Assembly (NCBI GenBank): GCA_015680685.1 | Contig: MNCI01000651.1 | Coordinates: forward strand, 1,727,832-1,791,831 | Length of the DNA: 64,000 nt | Direction of reading: 5' to 3' | DNA from: Gnetum montanum | Taxonomy: Eukaryota > Plantae > Gnetophyta | Shown: positions 1 to 12,100 of the stretch, one piece after another | Layout: each line of letters begins with the position of its first letter | How positions within the stretch are numbered: the first letter of the stretch is position 1 | Program-made: the position numbers and the translations under genes | Notes under the pieces: model-generated | Told to the model about the DNA's origin: nothing | The model's input: the letters and a program-made list of their open reading frames with translations, nothing else | The model's database searches: none

Positions 1-249
1 TTTAGGCCATTTTCGATAGTGGGATGATGGTAAGGGAAAATTTTGCTAGTTTTAGGCCTTAGCAGGCCATGGTGTAATGCAAATGGAGGACATGTGAATG
101 ACTTAAAGAATAAGTTAGACACTTAGCGTAAATGAGTAAATGTGAAGCAAATAGGGAATAAATGAATAATGGACATTAATTAGATAAGAAGAAATGGAGT
201 TGTTACGCTACACTAGTAATGATCATCCTTGCAACTGCTTCCTAACCCA

Positions 250-3200
250 TCATGGGCTTGGCGACACGTAAGGCTGAGAGGCTTTGTTGCAGCATTCTTC
301 TACGTCATCGTCTACCACTTGAAATGGCAACTCAGCCCATGCAGTTTCATTTTCTAAACCAGCATTTTGGACCAGCTCTTTTGTCAAACAATTAGTATCG
401 AAAAAAATAGGTGCCTCATTCTTAGAGGTTATGACCTTTAAACCCTGCTCTATATCTATGTTATTTATTTCCTGGGTTGTCACTTTATCACAATGGATCA
501 CCACCTCCTTACCTGCATAAGGTAGATGGATTTCCTGATGTATGGATGAAGAGACAGCCCTGAGTTGGGCTAACAACGATCTCCCCAAGATCAGGTTAAA
601 CCTGGGCATCTCTTCCACCACAATAAACATCACACTTATGGGGAACTAGTCCTACAAAGTCAATGTGGATAGTGCCTTTCACTGCTACCCATGCCTCGTT
701 GAATGACTTCAGACATGACGTTGTCGTGGGTTTGATTTGGTCTACCAAACCTAGTTTTTCCACTATGGGGAATGGGATGCCATTTGTAGCAGCCTTGTCA
801 TCAATGTGTACTCTTTGGATCTTATGTTGGCTAACCCGAATTGTGATGAATAGGGGTGCTATCATCACCTAACCCTTTTCAGGGTCTTCCTTAATGGACT
901 CATCACAGAATGTCAATTGGGATGGTTGTGGTTCTTCAGGCATAGAAGGAAGCATGATCGAATGTATTACTTTATGCTCTGTTGGCATGTTCTTGTCAAT
1001 TGGTATGGACATTAGCATGCGAACCAAAACCTCACGGTATGCAATGGAAGTCATTACCAGGTCGTACAGGCTCAACGTTGTGTTCTTTTTTTAGAGCTGA
1101 TTTTACCTAAGTAAGAGCACTTAGGAGGTCCTGTTCACCTTCCTATTGTTTACCAACTTTCTCTTCCTCCATTCATCCTAGAAGACAAATTTCCCGAGGA
1201 GGAGCAGTTTTGGGTTTGGGGCTAGACCCTTTCGGGTGAGGTGGCGATGACCATGTGTGCATAGTGACGTTAACTTTTTGTGATGAGGTGGGCGTAGATA
1301 CAGAGGACGAAGGAGTAGGCTTGGAAGGACCTGGGGTGATATGTTTCGTAGCTATTTCACTTGTCAGAAGCTCTTCCTGTTTCCTTGAATGAGAAGGCTC
1401 TGATGCCTTCATATGTTGGTTTTGTGGGATGGGGGCAGTTGAGTGGTTTGGGCCCCTAATGATGAATGGTGTTTTTGGAATTAGTGTGGGTGGTGGTGTA
1501 GTTTTGTTTACAAAGGGTATAGGGGCAGACGTTCGAGGAGGAACCTTAAGGACAAATGGTTGCTATGGTATCTTTTTTGCCATTATTGGTGTCGCTATGC
1601 TACGTTGAGGTATGCGAACCAGAAATGGCTGCTATGGCAGTTCCAGATTACCATCTACGCCAATCGTGTTGATGATGTACCTTGAATCGTTAGCATTGAG
1701 GGGGTCCTTGTAAACATGCATGGATTGATTTTCAGGGTGGATGATGTTGCTTTCTTCTAGCACCAGCTTTCCCTGATCGATCATCTATTGAATCTCATCT
1801 TTTAAGGCTAGACAGTAATCCGTGTCATGACCACAAAGTTGGTGGTAGTCACAGAACCGCTCCAGCTTGAAGTTCTTAGGAACTGGGGGCTCGTTGGGCA
1901 TAGCCAAGGAGGGGTTCCTAAGGAGTTCACAATATCACTGATGCCATTTGGTCACCTCCTCTGACATCCACTTATGTTGAATGTACCCTACCCCTAGCAC
2001 TTGCTTCAGAAGTTTTGAAGGCTTGACAGGTAATGGGGTATACTTGGAGTGATATTTACGCTCAAAATTAGGTTTAGGCAGGGTGGGTGCCTTAGGCGTT
2101 GACGTGGAGGGTTGAGTAGCGGTGCTTGGGCTAGGTGCGGGGTTAGTTGATGTTGTGGCCACTTTCTTATTATTATTGTTGTTGGGCTTGGCCTTGTTTG
2201 CCAAGGCGGCCACCGTGGCCATTGCGGCCTTGCCCTTTTCTTTGTCCTTCTTAGTATGTGCATTTTTATACGCAACATAGGCCAGGTCCTTACTAGCTTC
2301 AGCCACATCTTGAATGATTTTTTTCTGTGCAAAAACTTGACTGAGGGAGTGCAGGGCTAGGTAATATAGCTTGGATTTGATGAAATCATTCATCGCCCCC
2401 TTGAAGATGGCTAGCAAGTGGGCCTCCGCGATAGGCTCACGAATCTCATTCAAGATGGCGATCCATCGGTGTATAAACCTCTGCACTGACTCTAGTGGGT
2501 CTTGCTTAACTCCCATTAACTAATCTAGCATGACTTCGAGCTTCAAGTTATACTTGAAGCGGGTCATGAACTGGGTCAGCAACTACTCTAGTGTTGAGAT
2601 GGAGGTGCACGGGAGTGTGTGGTACCAGTCTAAAGCTTTGCCTATTAGAGACATAGAAAAGATGTGAATAATGGTGTGTAGCCATTGTTGTAGTAATAAA
2701 GATTCAGATCTAAATGTAACCAAATGTGTGTTAGGGTCATCCTCCTTGTTGTATTTTGTAAATTGGAGGAGCGGCATCCCAGGGGGTAATGTAAGCCTAG
2801 GAACTGCTAGGCTGATGGGGTCATCATGGTAGAAATCCATGATCTGCACCATATCAGAACTGATGGCTTTGAGGTGACTAACCTCCTTAGTAAGGGTTTG
2901 GATAAGCTAAAACACTTGATCCAGACTCGGAGAGGATGTAGATAGTTATGGGGTTGTGAGGGAAACCATCGTTTGTGGCGTAGTAAGGGTAGCAGCTTGG
3001 CTCATAGGGGGGGCCGTTGGGGCTGCCCTTGCAAAGGGTGCTACTTGTGTGGTCCACCACCTAGTGGGTGGTGTTGCTAGAGTAGTGACTACTAGTGGTG
3101 CTGTGGGGTTGGTCATTTGCATGATCGATGGGATGGGCCACAGTCCCGCATTTGGTCGCGATACCTACGGGACTTGGTATGCTTGGTGGTAAGGGTGCTG

Positions 3201-4025
3201 TGACATTTGGTGGGGCTATGAGGTGGGGAGAGAAGTGGCTAGGGTCCACCACATGGTTGAGGCTAGACCTACTACTGATGATGGAATGGATGCAAATGAT
3301 GAGATAGGAGTAGAGGCTCTGGGCAGCTGTGAAGTAGAAGCGGTATGTATGTAGGGCAACGTGGGTGTAATCGGTGCTTGGTACAAGGATGAGATGGAAT
3401 GGGGGGAAAGAGTGCCTAGATACAAAACTGAGGGAGGCGCTTGCTGATACGCTAAGGATGTGGGATGGTTGCCCATGGCAGATGAACATGAAAATTGAAG
3501 TGGATTTGTGGTAATCACAAAGGGAGCTTTTGCGAAAATGGGGTTTGACCTGAAGGCCATGGTAGAAGGGATGGTCATAGGCTAAGTTTGGCCATCCCCC
3601 TCAGACTAGGAGTCTAGATCTTCCTGCCCATCCTAGAATGCTTCATCAAAATGGGATACCGTGTCCTGCTCCCTAGGCCTACTGACTCATAACAACTGAT
3701 CAAAGATCCACTAATACGTCTCCATCAGGGGGATGGCATCATTAGGGTTAGGGATAAAATCCCTCCCATTATGATAAAGGAACTCGAAACTACGTTTATG
3801 CTCAAGTTCTTGGCGATCTAGGGGCAAATTTTCCTAGACCTTTATGCAAATAAAGTCATAATGCTCTACGTCTTGTGCCAAGGACTTAGGTGACAAGTGT
3901 TGAATCCTAAGGGATTGGCGTGGCACCAGCATCAGGCTAGGTGGCCACTCAGCACCCATGGTACTTTGGGCCAAGAAAGGAGCCTCAAGGCTTGAGGTGG
4001 AAACAATGGTCATTGTCGAAATCAT
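250..4025 (-). pseudogene. gag: gag-aspartic protease polyprotein remnant of Tat-1
   Basis: Retrotrans_gag-like DPNTHLVTF...SLIGKALDWYHTLP and QDPLESVQRFIHRW; knuckle FCDYHQLCGHDTDYC (~1810-1860); protease-like VHIDDKAATN and FNLILGRSLL; many stops and frameshifts. Confidence 0.85.
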
Positions 4026-4250
4026 CTTGCATAGTGAGAAAGGAAAAATCGCAAGCTAGGAAACATGGAAATCAAGAGGAGATCAGAGGCTTTTTGTCCT
4101 GCTAGATTCCACAGGAATAGTCGTCATGACCAATTTGCACCACATGATGCGTAAACAACCACAAAAGGGTGTCATGTTTACGCTAGTGCCTGATGGGGTA
4201 CAGAGAGCATGCAGGACTACCTATAGGACATAGAAAAGGCACTGAAAGGG

Positions 4251-4267
4251 CCCTCCTTCTAGCACCA
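4251..4267 (-). promoter_or_regulatory. primer binding site, tRNA-Asn(GUU) type
   Basis: Minus strand TGGTGCTAGAAGGAGGG, 5 nt from the LTR end; near-complement of the plant tRNA-Asn 3' end (CCCTCCTTCTAGCGCCA, recalled rather than searched). Confidence 0.8.
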
Positions 4268-4272
4268 AAAAA

Positions 4273-5062
4273 TGTAGCAACCAAAAAAATGTTGGTGGCT
4301 GGAACACTAAGAGGTTTTCAGGCAAATAGTTTAACCCTGGATTTGTGCGAGGGCCATGCTGGAGAGAAATGGAAGTGGGGCACCCTGAACGGTCTGGTTA
4401 ATCAGACAAGGACTTAGTCGGTGTATCTTAACCTTATGTAAACATTGTTTTAGAGGAAAGACACACGAGGTAAATCGATGATTAATAAATTTAGAATGGA
4501 GAAAATAATGCAAAATAATGATAATAGCAAAGAAATATCAGAACAAACTAGGTAAGAAAATGCACCACCCCAAGGTCACGAATTCAATTCCTTGCCTTGT
4601 TTGAAAGGTATACAATAGGTTATGCAATGCCAGAGATGCACCGCTTACTTAGAGGTAACTAAAGTGCTCAAGAAAGATCCCAACTATGCCTTATGAAATC
4701 CAAATTAAAAGCCAACTGTAGCAAGAAGCCAACTCTATTTTCTAAGAAGCCAATCAAGAAGAAGACCAACCTATGCAAAAAAGCCAACAAGCCAACTGCT
4801 CTTGTTGATGTAAAAAAATGCCAACTCTTTGAATGAAAAGCCAACCCTTTGAGCATTGTTTGCCGAGGTATTTATAAGGCCAAGAGGAGGTGAGAAATGG
4901 GGCCTAGATGCCACGTGTCATGGACCCCACAAGATGCTAACGTGCCTGTACTATGTAGGTGTGCAATGCTAGACATGAACTTGGCTATACTGTGACTATG
5001 CCTCCGGGACTACATGTGCTGAGATTAGTGTGCTAAAAATGTAAACAAAAATGGAGCTTACA
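4273..5062 (-). repeat. 5' LTR of Tat-1
   Basis: TGTA...TACA termini; adjacent PBS; minus-strand TATAAATA at 4869-4876; G-box CACGTG at 4912-4917. Confidence 0.7.
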
Positions 5063-5104
5063 CTCTGAGACTACGTCTTCCCTACTCTTACGAGTGGGGC
5101 CAAG

Positions 5105-6029
5105 TGTAGGAACAATGTTTTGGGAGCTAACTAGGGAATATGCAAAATGAATTAACATTGCTAATTCTGCCAAAGAGATGCCAAAGTGAGGGATATTGCT
5201 ATCAACAAGTTTTAGAACTACCCAAAGATGTCTTGAGGCTTTCGTACCAATGTTGTGTTACTCATGTTGTTGAGTACATTGTTGTAGCATAAGTGGCTAC
5301 TTACTACGCTGTGCTACACTAGGTAGCGTAGCCACTGGTCTTAACTGAAACTTGTGTTGGAGCTGAAAGCATTTATCTAAAGCTTGGTCATGCTAACAAT
5401 GACAACTTTTGTCCTTTGTGTTGGGAATCCTTTGAACCTAGTAAACTCATGTTTGAAACACCCTTACTACTTTTTGCATTGTTGCTACGTTGTGCGATGC
5501 TATGTAGTGTAGCACAACGTAGTAGTCAACGTATCCTGCTTTTTCGTTCAATCTACCATTTTCTAGTAAGAAACTTTGCTCAAGGCCTAGGGCTAAACAG
5601 GGCAATCAATTTTGGAGGCCAAAGTGTTTTCCAAGTGCTATTTTCTTATTAGGATCACTTGGCAAGCTGGGCCTTTCTACTCTACCTTTACTACGCTGTG
5701 CTATGCTACGTAGCATAGCATAGCGTAGCACCTTGTGTTGATTAAATTTTGACTTGTTTTGCAATCATTCCATCAATTTGCACTTGAACGCTTAAGAAAC
5801 TATCTTTCAAGGCTTGCTACACTGCATAGCATAGCAAACTTTCTTCACTAGAAAACTTGCCAAACTACTTTTCTTATCCCAAACACTTTCGACAACTCCC
5901 AACATAGTTTCTGAGTAGACTGTCAGCCAAGTGAATTGTCCAGGTGGGCAAGCCAGAGGGTCCATCGGGCTTGTTAGCTCTAGAGATAGAAAACTTGCTA
6001 GACTGGATAGTCTAACCTCAATGCCTACA
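5105..6029 (+). repeat. probable 3' LTR of a separate plus-strand gypsy element (the target Tat-1 inserted into)
   Basis: TGTAGG...CCTACA termini; preceded by PPT-like GAGTGGGGCC (5092-5101); contains repeated CTACGCTGTGCTA/GTAGCGTAG motifs. Confidence 0.55.
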
Positions 6030-6224
6030 TTTTCCTACCGAACTATCATGACGCTGCACTTGTGGAAGTCCTTGCCTAAATTTCAAGACCTTATTAAGGT
6101 ATGAGGATCCTAAAATTTTATGGTGTTTTAGGGTTGATGGAGGAGATTAGGAATCTAGGGAGGTCATTTTAGGGTTATTTGAAAGCAAAAATGAAGCCTC
6201 CCTCTTGCATCTATGTTGGATCCA

Positions 6225-7715
6225 AATTGGCTAGCATGGATGGGGTAAGCTCCAACATGGTTAGTACCAAAATATGAGTTTCTAGGTTCACTATGACTAG
6301 TTAGGATTTTGATAGTCTATATTGTTAGCGTGGTGGACTACGGATGAAGATTGGTCAACTCTGGCATCAATTTAAACCTCTAGAAGTTACAAATGCTACC
6401 AAGACTACCAACCACACTGGAACTATATTGGCAAATGTGGTTGCAACATTGGTCCATATGAAAAATGAGTTTATGGCATCCAAAGATCAAATTTGATGTT
6501 TTGTTGGCTTCCCAAGTTAGCGCATGGGCATCATAGTTATGAATTGATAATTTGAAGGCCAAAACATAATATCAAATGTGGGTTTTTAGACCTTAATGCC
6601 TAGAGCAGCGCTAGCTAGTGTGGATGATCAAAACATGGCATTTCCATGGCTAAATAAGCCAAATTACAACTGGTTTCAAGGTCTAAGGATTCTAGGATTC
6701 CCCAACTAGGTTTTAGGCCATTTGAAGTGAGGTTATGCATGCAAAACTTGTTTGGAACCTCAACCATGCTAGAGCCATGCTAGCCAGCATGGCTCTAGTC
6801 CTCCCTAGTATGGTTGCACTTGAATCTTGGTTTCTTGTGAGTTCTAGTATTAAATCAATCATGTTTTCAAGTTCCAAGTTTGCTGGTGATCATGCTAGGG
6901 ATTTGGCTTAGAATTGTCAATTTTAAAGGCTATTTAAGTCTTAATATGACCATTTCACCTTGGACTATACTTGCTAGCATAGTTCCCACATGGATGGAGG
7001 GTATGATGAATTTTTGACAATTTTGACTCAATTTTTGAGGTTTTTTGATGTCTAATGCCTCCAGTAGGGTTTTGGGGTTAGGATGATCCATTGGGATGTC
7101 AATTTGGTTTATTTATGAGCTATTGTTTAGTTTTGATTATGGAACCACACTAGGACTATGTTGGCCAGCATAATCTTAGGCCTCCTCAATGTGGCTCTAA
7201 GGTTGAAATTGGTTTTAGCTTGTTTTTACATAGTTTTTGTTAGTTTAAAGTTTCTAGAGGTCTTAAGAAGGTGTGGAGGCTAGGATGCATTGGGATAGGG
7301 TGCTCTTTAGCATGGTTCCAAGGTCAAGATGGGGTTTTACATGATTTTTCTTGGTTATTTAACATTTTAGGGTGCCTGAGGACTCCAAGGAGGTTTAGAG
7401 GTTAAGAAATGCAACCTTGAAATCTATTTTATGTCATCTTATGATCAAATCTTTACCAAACATGTAGGGACTATGCTAGATAGTGTGGTTGGAGTGCCCC
7501 CATAGTGGTTCACCCAAGACAAGCGATTTTCAAAAACTTTTGTTGGGTTTTAGGAGCTTTTGAAGATACCAAAGGATTTGGCAAGGGTTTAGGATTTGGA
7601 GTGACCATCCTAGAGTTGATTAGAGGTTTGACTAGTGGTGGAAAGTCCCATATCCCCTAAAGAAATGATGGCCAACATGGTTGGGCATTTGGCTAGCATG
7701 GCTGCTCAAAGTAGC
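6225..7715 (+). repeat. dispersed degenerate motif array (approx. GGACTATGCTAGCCAGCATGGTT) upstream of the antisense gene
   Basis: Variants near 6230, 6325, 6610, 6775, 6962, 7153, 7468 and 7690. Confidence 0.5.
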
Positions 7716-8331
7716 ATGTTCAATTATGAATTTTTGCTTCTTTTGGGGCTTGGTACCTTCTTGAGTTAACATCTAGGTTCTAAATTTGACATGGAATTTC
7801 TATGGTTTCAACATGTTATGGGAGGGTGGCTAGGAGGCAAGGTTTTTGTAATGGTTAAGGTTGGGAATCCATTCAAGGATTCTTGGGTGTTTAACCCCAC
7901 TGTAGATGTGGGTGGGAATTGTAAATCCTATTGTATTGGGATTTTTGGTGTTATGATTGGGAGGCACTTAGTGGGACCCATCCAAGTTTAAATGGTTTCT
8001 TTGTTTCAAACTTTCCAAGATCCCAATGTGATTTCAACTTTTCTCCTTTAAACTCACAATTCACTATGGGTTGAGTGAGTGTTTTTGGAAAGATGTTTAG
8101 GTTGAGGGTGCATAAGTGTGGAATTCATTTTCACATATCAGTTTTATAAGATTCTTTCCTAAAACTCATTTCTCATAGGAAATGCCTAGCTTCTAGGCCT
8201 TTTAGCAGTTTTTGATTCAACTCCATCAATCCTCAACATTGATTGGCAAGAATTCACCAGGGAGCAACACAATTATGAGGAGGTTGATAGAAGAATTACA
8301 GATTTTGAAGGTTTTGCATTGTCCATTCAAG

Positions 8332-9134
8332 ATGTCAACAAGGAGATATTCAACAAGTAAGAAACTAACCTTGGAGGAGGTAGAAGTAGTTGTGAAGGGA
8401 CTCTCCACCCTATCATAGCCTCTACTTAGAGAGGGTTCATCCATCATGATTGCCAAGTACACTTCTCTAGCCATTTTTCTATGAATTTTGGCTTTGAACC
8501 TAGCATTTTTCTTGATGTAGAATTATTTCTTACATGGAATTTAATTCCTGTAAAATTCCTATGCTATATTTAAGTCATGGTTATGGATTTGTAACATTGT
8601 TTTGATTTTAGTATTTTTTTATGCCAAGTTTTAAGTTTAATTTTGCTTTATTCAATGCATATTTAATGCTTCCTAACAAAAAATGTAATGCCACTTTCCA
8701 ATTCTTTTGCTAGAAAATAGTATATAATTTTTTTTCTAGGGCCATAAGAATTTTTCTACTATTTACGAGTTTTTTTGGTTGTAAAGTCACTAAATTATGG
8801 TCTATGGTTAATTTTTTATGAATTTTTTGGTAGACCAATGCATAGTGGAATTTTGGGTTTTCATTGTTTTACCTCCTCGAAATAGGCAACATTGACATCA
8901 TAAGAAACTTTTTCTACCAACATCCTAGCTTCCTAGGGATGCTTAGGGTTGTCTAAGAGGGTTTGACATTAGTTCATGAAAATTTAAATTCTTTTTCATA
9001 TTGTTTTTAGCCCTGTACTATGACCATTTTCTACTATTTAGTTTTTTTCTGTGAAATTTTAAATTTCTTTTAGACAACCTTGTGAATTTTTTTACAACCT
9101 CAAAACTATAGCATTGATACCAAATTTTGATAAA

Positions 9135-9166
<32 letters not shown>

Positions 9167-12100
9167 ACTAGACATTAGAAAAAAATTTTAGTACAAATTT
9201 TTCATTTTTTGTGTATGTGTAAATTGCCCTGTACAGTTCTAATTTTGGTTGTTGGAACTACAAACCTTCCTAGCTATACATGCAATGTTGGCCTATTTTT
9301 TGGGAAATGTTAAAAATTCCTATGGTCATTTATGTGTTGTATTTTAGTTCCCAAAAGTCATTTGAATTTCTCAAAAATTTAACTAACTCCCTAGAGTTTT
9401 TACTATAGTTAATTTCACTATAAACTATGATTTTTAGTTGAAATTTTGTCAAATTAAAATTGGGATTTTAGGGTTATTATTGTGGGTTGTGTTTGGGTAC
9501 AAGCTAATTCTGATGATTTTGATTTCTTTACATAAAATGTTTATAATTTATGTATATTTTCACCATGAAATTACCATTGGTGTTAATGGGCTACTTGGTT
9601 TTTCTTATTTTTTTGGTTAAATTTTACTTTGGCTTCAATGTTTAAGATTTGTAAATTTTTGTATTTGGTATAGTGTAGAAACATTGACATTATGGTTGTA
9701 ATAATTTTGATCATTTAATAGTTGTTAAATCTTTAGTTATGATCATTCATGATTTCAATGGTTATTGTTGGATTGTGCAGGGCCTTCTTGAAGCCCATCT
9801 TGGTGGCGATCAAGCTTGTTGGGCTCTTGTGTTAAATTCACACACTAGTATCCAACACAGTATCTACTAATATGGTGTTGGATTAGGGCTCTCTTTGGTT
9901 TAGGGTCGAGAGCTAAGGAATTTCTAGCTTACCTATTATAGAATTTTAGTGTGATTATGTGGTCACACTTAGCATTCGAAATAGTGGCTATAATTGTGAA
10001 AACCTTACTGCCTCACTCCACCATATTGATCATCAAGTTCATAATTGATGATCTCACTACTCATGTTGAGGGTGATCAATTTGATGGCATATACACCAAG
10101 GACACACGTTAGTTGTTCAAAGTCTAGGATATGCCTAAATTCATCCAGTATAACAACAACAACACTTTGTTGGTTGGCCATTATGCCAACACATCATTCT
10201 AGAATTCTCTTGGTACCATCTACCATGTGGAAGGGCAAGTGTAATTTTAAGTTTTTGGTTTCATTAGGCTACTTGGGTTTAACAATTTTTTGCTTGGGTT
10301 GGTATGTTTGTAGGTATAGGGTAGATGAACAAGGGTTGATCAAGAGCAACCAACTCTTGTCCTTGGCTCAAATAGCACTTGAGGTCTTTGACAAAAGCCC
10401 AGCAGTGAGGCTTGTAGTGATGGAACAACTCAAGGATGAATTTGGTAGGTATACCTCACACTATTCTCAAGCCTACCGTAGGTTGCTTAATGAATGGGAC
10501 AACCAATAGTTGGTGGGGAATCCCTAATTTGGGTGCACAGACATGCATATCCCTTAGGTTTTTCATGTTTCCTTCACCAAGTAAGCAAAGTAAGAATTTT
10601 TATTTTTTTAATTATATATATATTTTTAATTTTTTATGCAATATCAACATTTTTCTAGTTACATAATTGTCAAGTTTTTAAGGCTTTGATTGTTTTATTT
10701 GTTTTGTGTAATGTGCCTATGCCAAAGCTAATGAGTTATCTTCATTGTGTTGTAGGGACTGCAACATCATCCATCATAGTTGTGATTACTTCAGGATGTG
10801 TAGAGGAGACACTTATCATCAAGTTTAATGAGGTGGATGCGATGTAGCATCAATTGACTAGCCAAGCATCCAGGGAGATCTAGGTGAGGATCACCAATGT
10901 AGGCTTACTTGACTTGTTCATGGTTCCTATCCCAATCATCCCTATCCCTAAGATGGTGAATGTCATAGACTCCTTTAACAAAGGAGTGAAGAAATTTTTT
11001 ACTCAAGTCCATGATGTGCCTATCAAATTGGCCATCAATGAATCCACCTTCAGTGACCTCTTTGGCATTCCTAGTGAGGAGGTAAAAGTTGCCACAAAAT
11101 CATGGAAACATGTGAGCCATAGGAATAAGGTGGAAGGATGGCTAAATAGTCATTGTAGCCACTCCAGATTGACATTAAATGATTGCTAGGATGTAGAGGT
11201 AAACAAGTTGTATCCATTGTTTTGGTCCTACACATTTCCAAAGTTGCTATCATAGAAGAAGATCATGGGCATTAAATAGGCATGGACTATGAACAAGATC
11301 CTCATTAAGGATGCTCAATTTAATTAGGCTGTTCATTTGGTTTCTGGGCTATGATAGAAGATTCTTAAACTTTGGGACAACCTTGATAAGATATGCCACA
11401 TGTAGTATTTTTTGCAGCATACCTAAGGTGGTTTGTGGAGTTCCTAGTGGTGAGTAAGGATGGATGATGGGTAAGTCGAGATCCATCCCAACTATCTAAG
11501 CCTTGGATGAAAGATATGTTTCCAACCATGTAAGCATAGAATCCACTAGAGGATTTTGGGGAATCACTATCTATTACTACTAAGCACTTTAGTGGTAGGC
11601 ATTATTCTTTCCCTGATAGCATGGGAATTGAATCCCAAGTTGCTTGTGGAAATGTTTAGAAGGATAAGAAGTTGCATGTTGAAGTTGATAGAGTAGCTAG
11701 AGAAAAACTGAAGAGGCCTATGGTTAAGGAAGTAGCACCAATTGTTAAGAAACCCTTGAAGAGGAGGCTTGTGGTTATACTTGGCTAAGCACAACATGTG
11801 GTTATAGGTATGTCTTATTGTAATTTTAGTTTAAGTTAGTTATAGTTTATGTTATATGGTCATGTTATTGTTTTTGTGTTAGGAAAAATATGAAAACTTG
11901 TTCTACATTATGTCTTCTTTGTTCTTGCAGGTAAACAACAAGAACTAGTGGTCCTAGTAGCAACAACAAAGGCTAAATAGAAGTGCCTAGAGGAGGAGGT
12001 GCTACAATAGCATAAGGATGAGAGACTATACAATGCTACATTGGATGCCTTTGATGCTCTATTTGATGGTTCACAGCTAGGAGAATGTCTTGTTATTCAC

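Larger units (their letters stand above)
1..5062 (-). mobile_element. Tat-clade Ty3/gypsy element Tat-1, non-autonomous gag-protease type; 3' part runs off the window
   Basis: 5' LTR 4273-5062, PBS 4251-4267, broken gag ORFs (2583-2852, 1935-2516) and protease ORFs (596-868, 250-633); a stop at 250 is followed by non-coding sequence rather than RT. Confidence 0.8.

Noticed and set aside
5085-5104. PBS for Tat-1, with 5105-6029 as its 5' LTR
   Set aside because: A better PBS (Asn) and a TATA-containing LTR lie at 4251-5062; this site fits a plus-strand PPT instead
10165-10215. VGHYANTSF-N resembles a SET-domain motif (GHKANHSFTPN)
   Set aside because: The conserved His is replaced and no ELxxDY motif follows; too short to call without an HMM search
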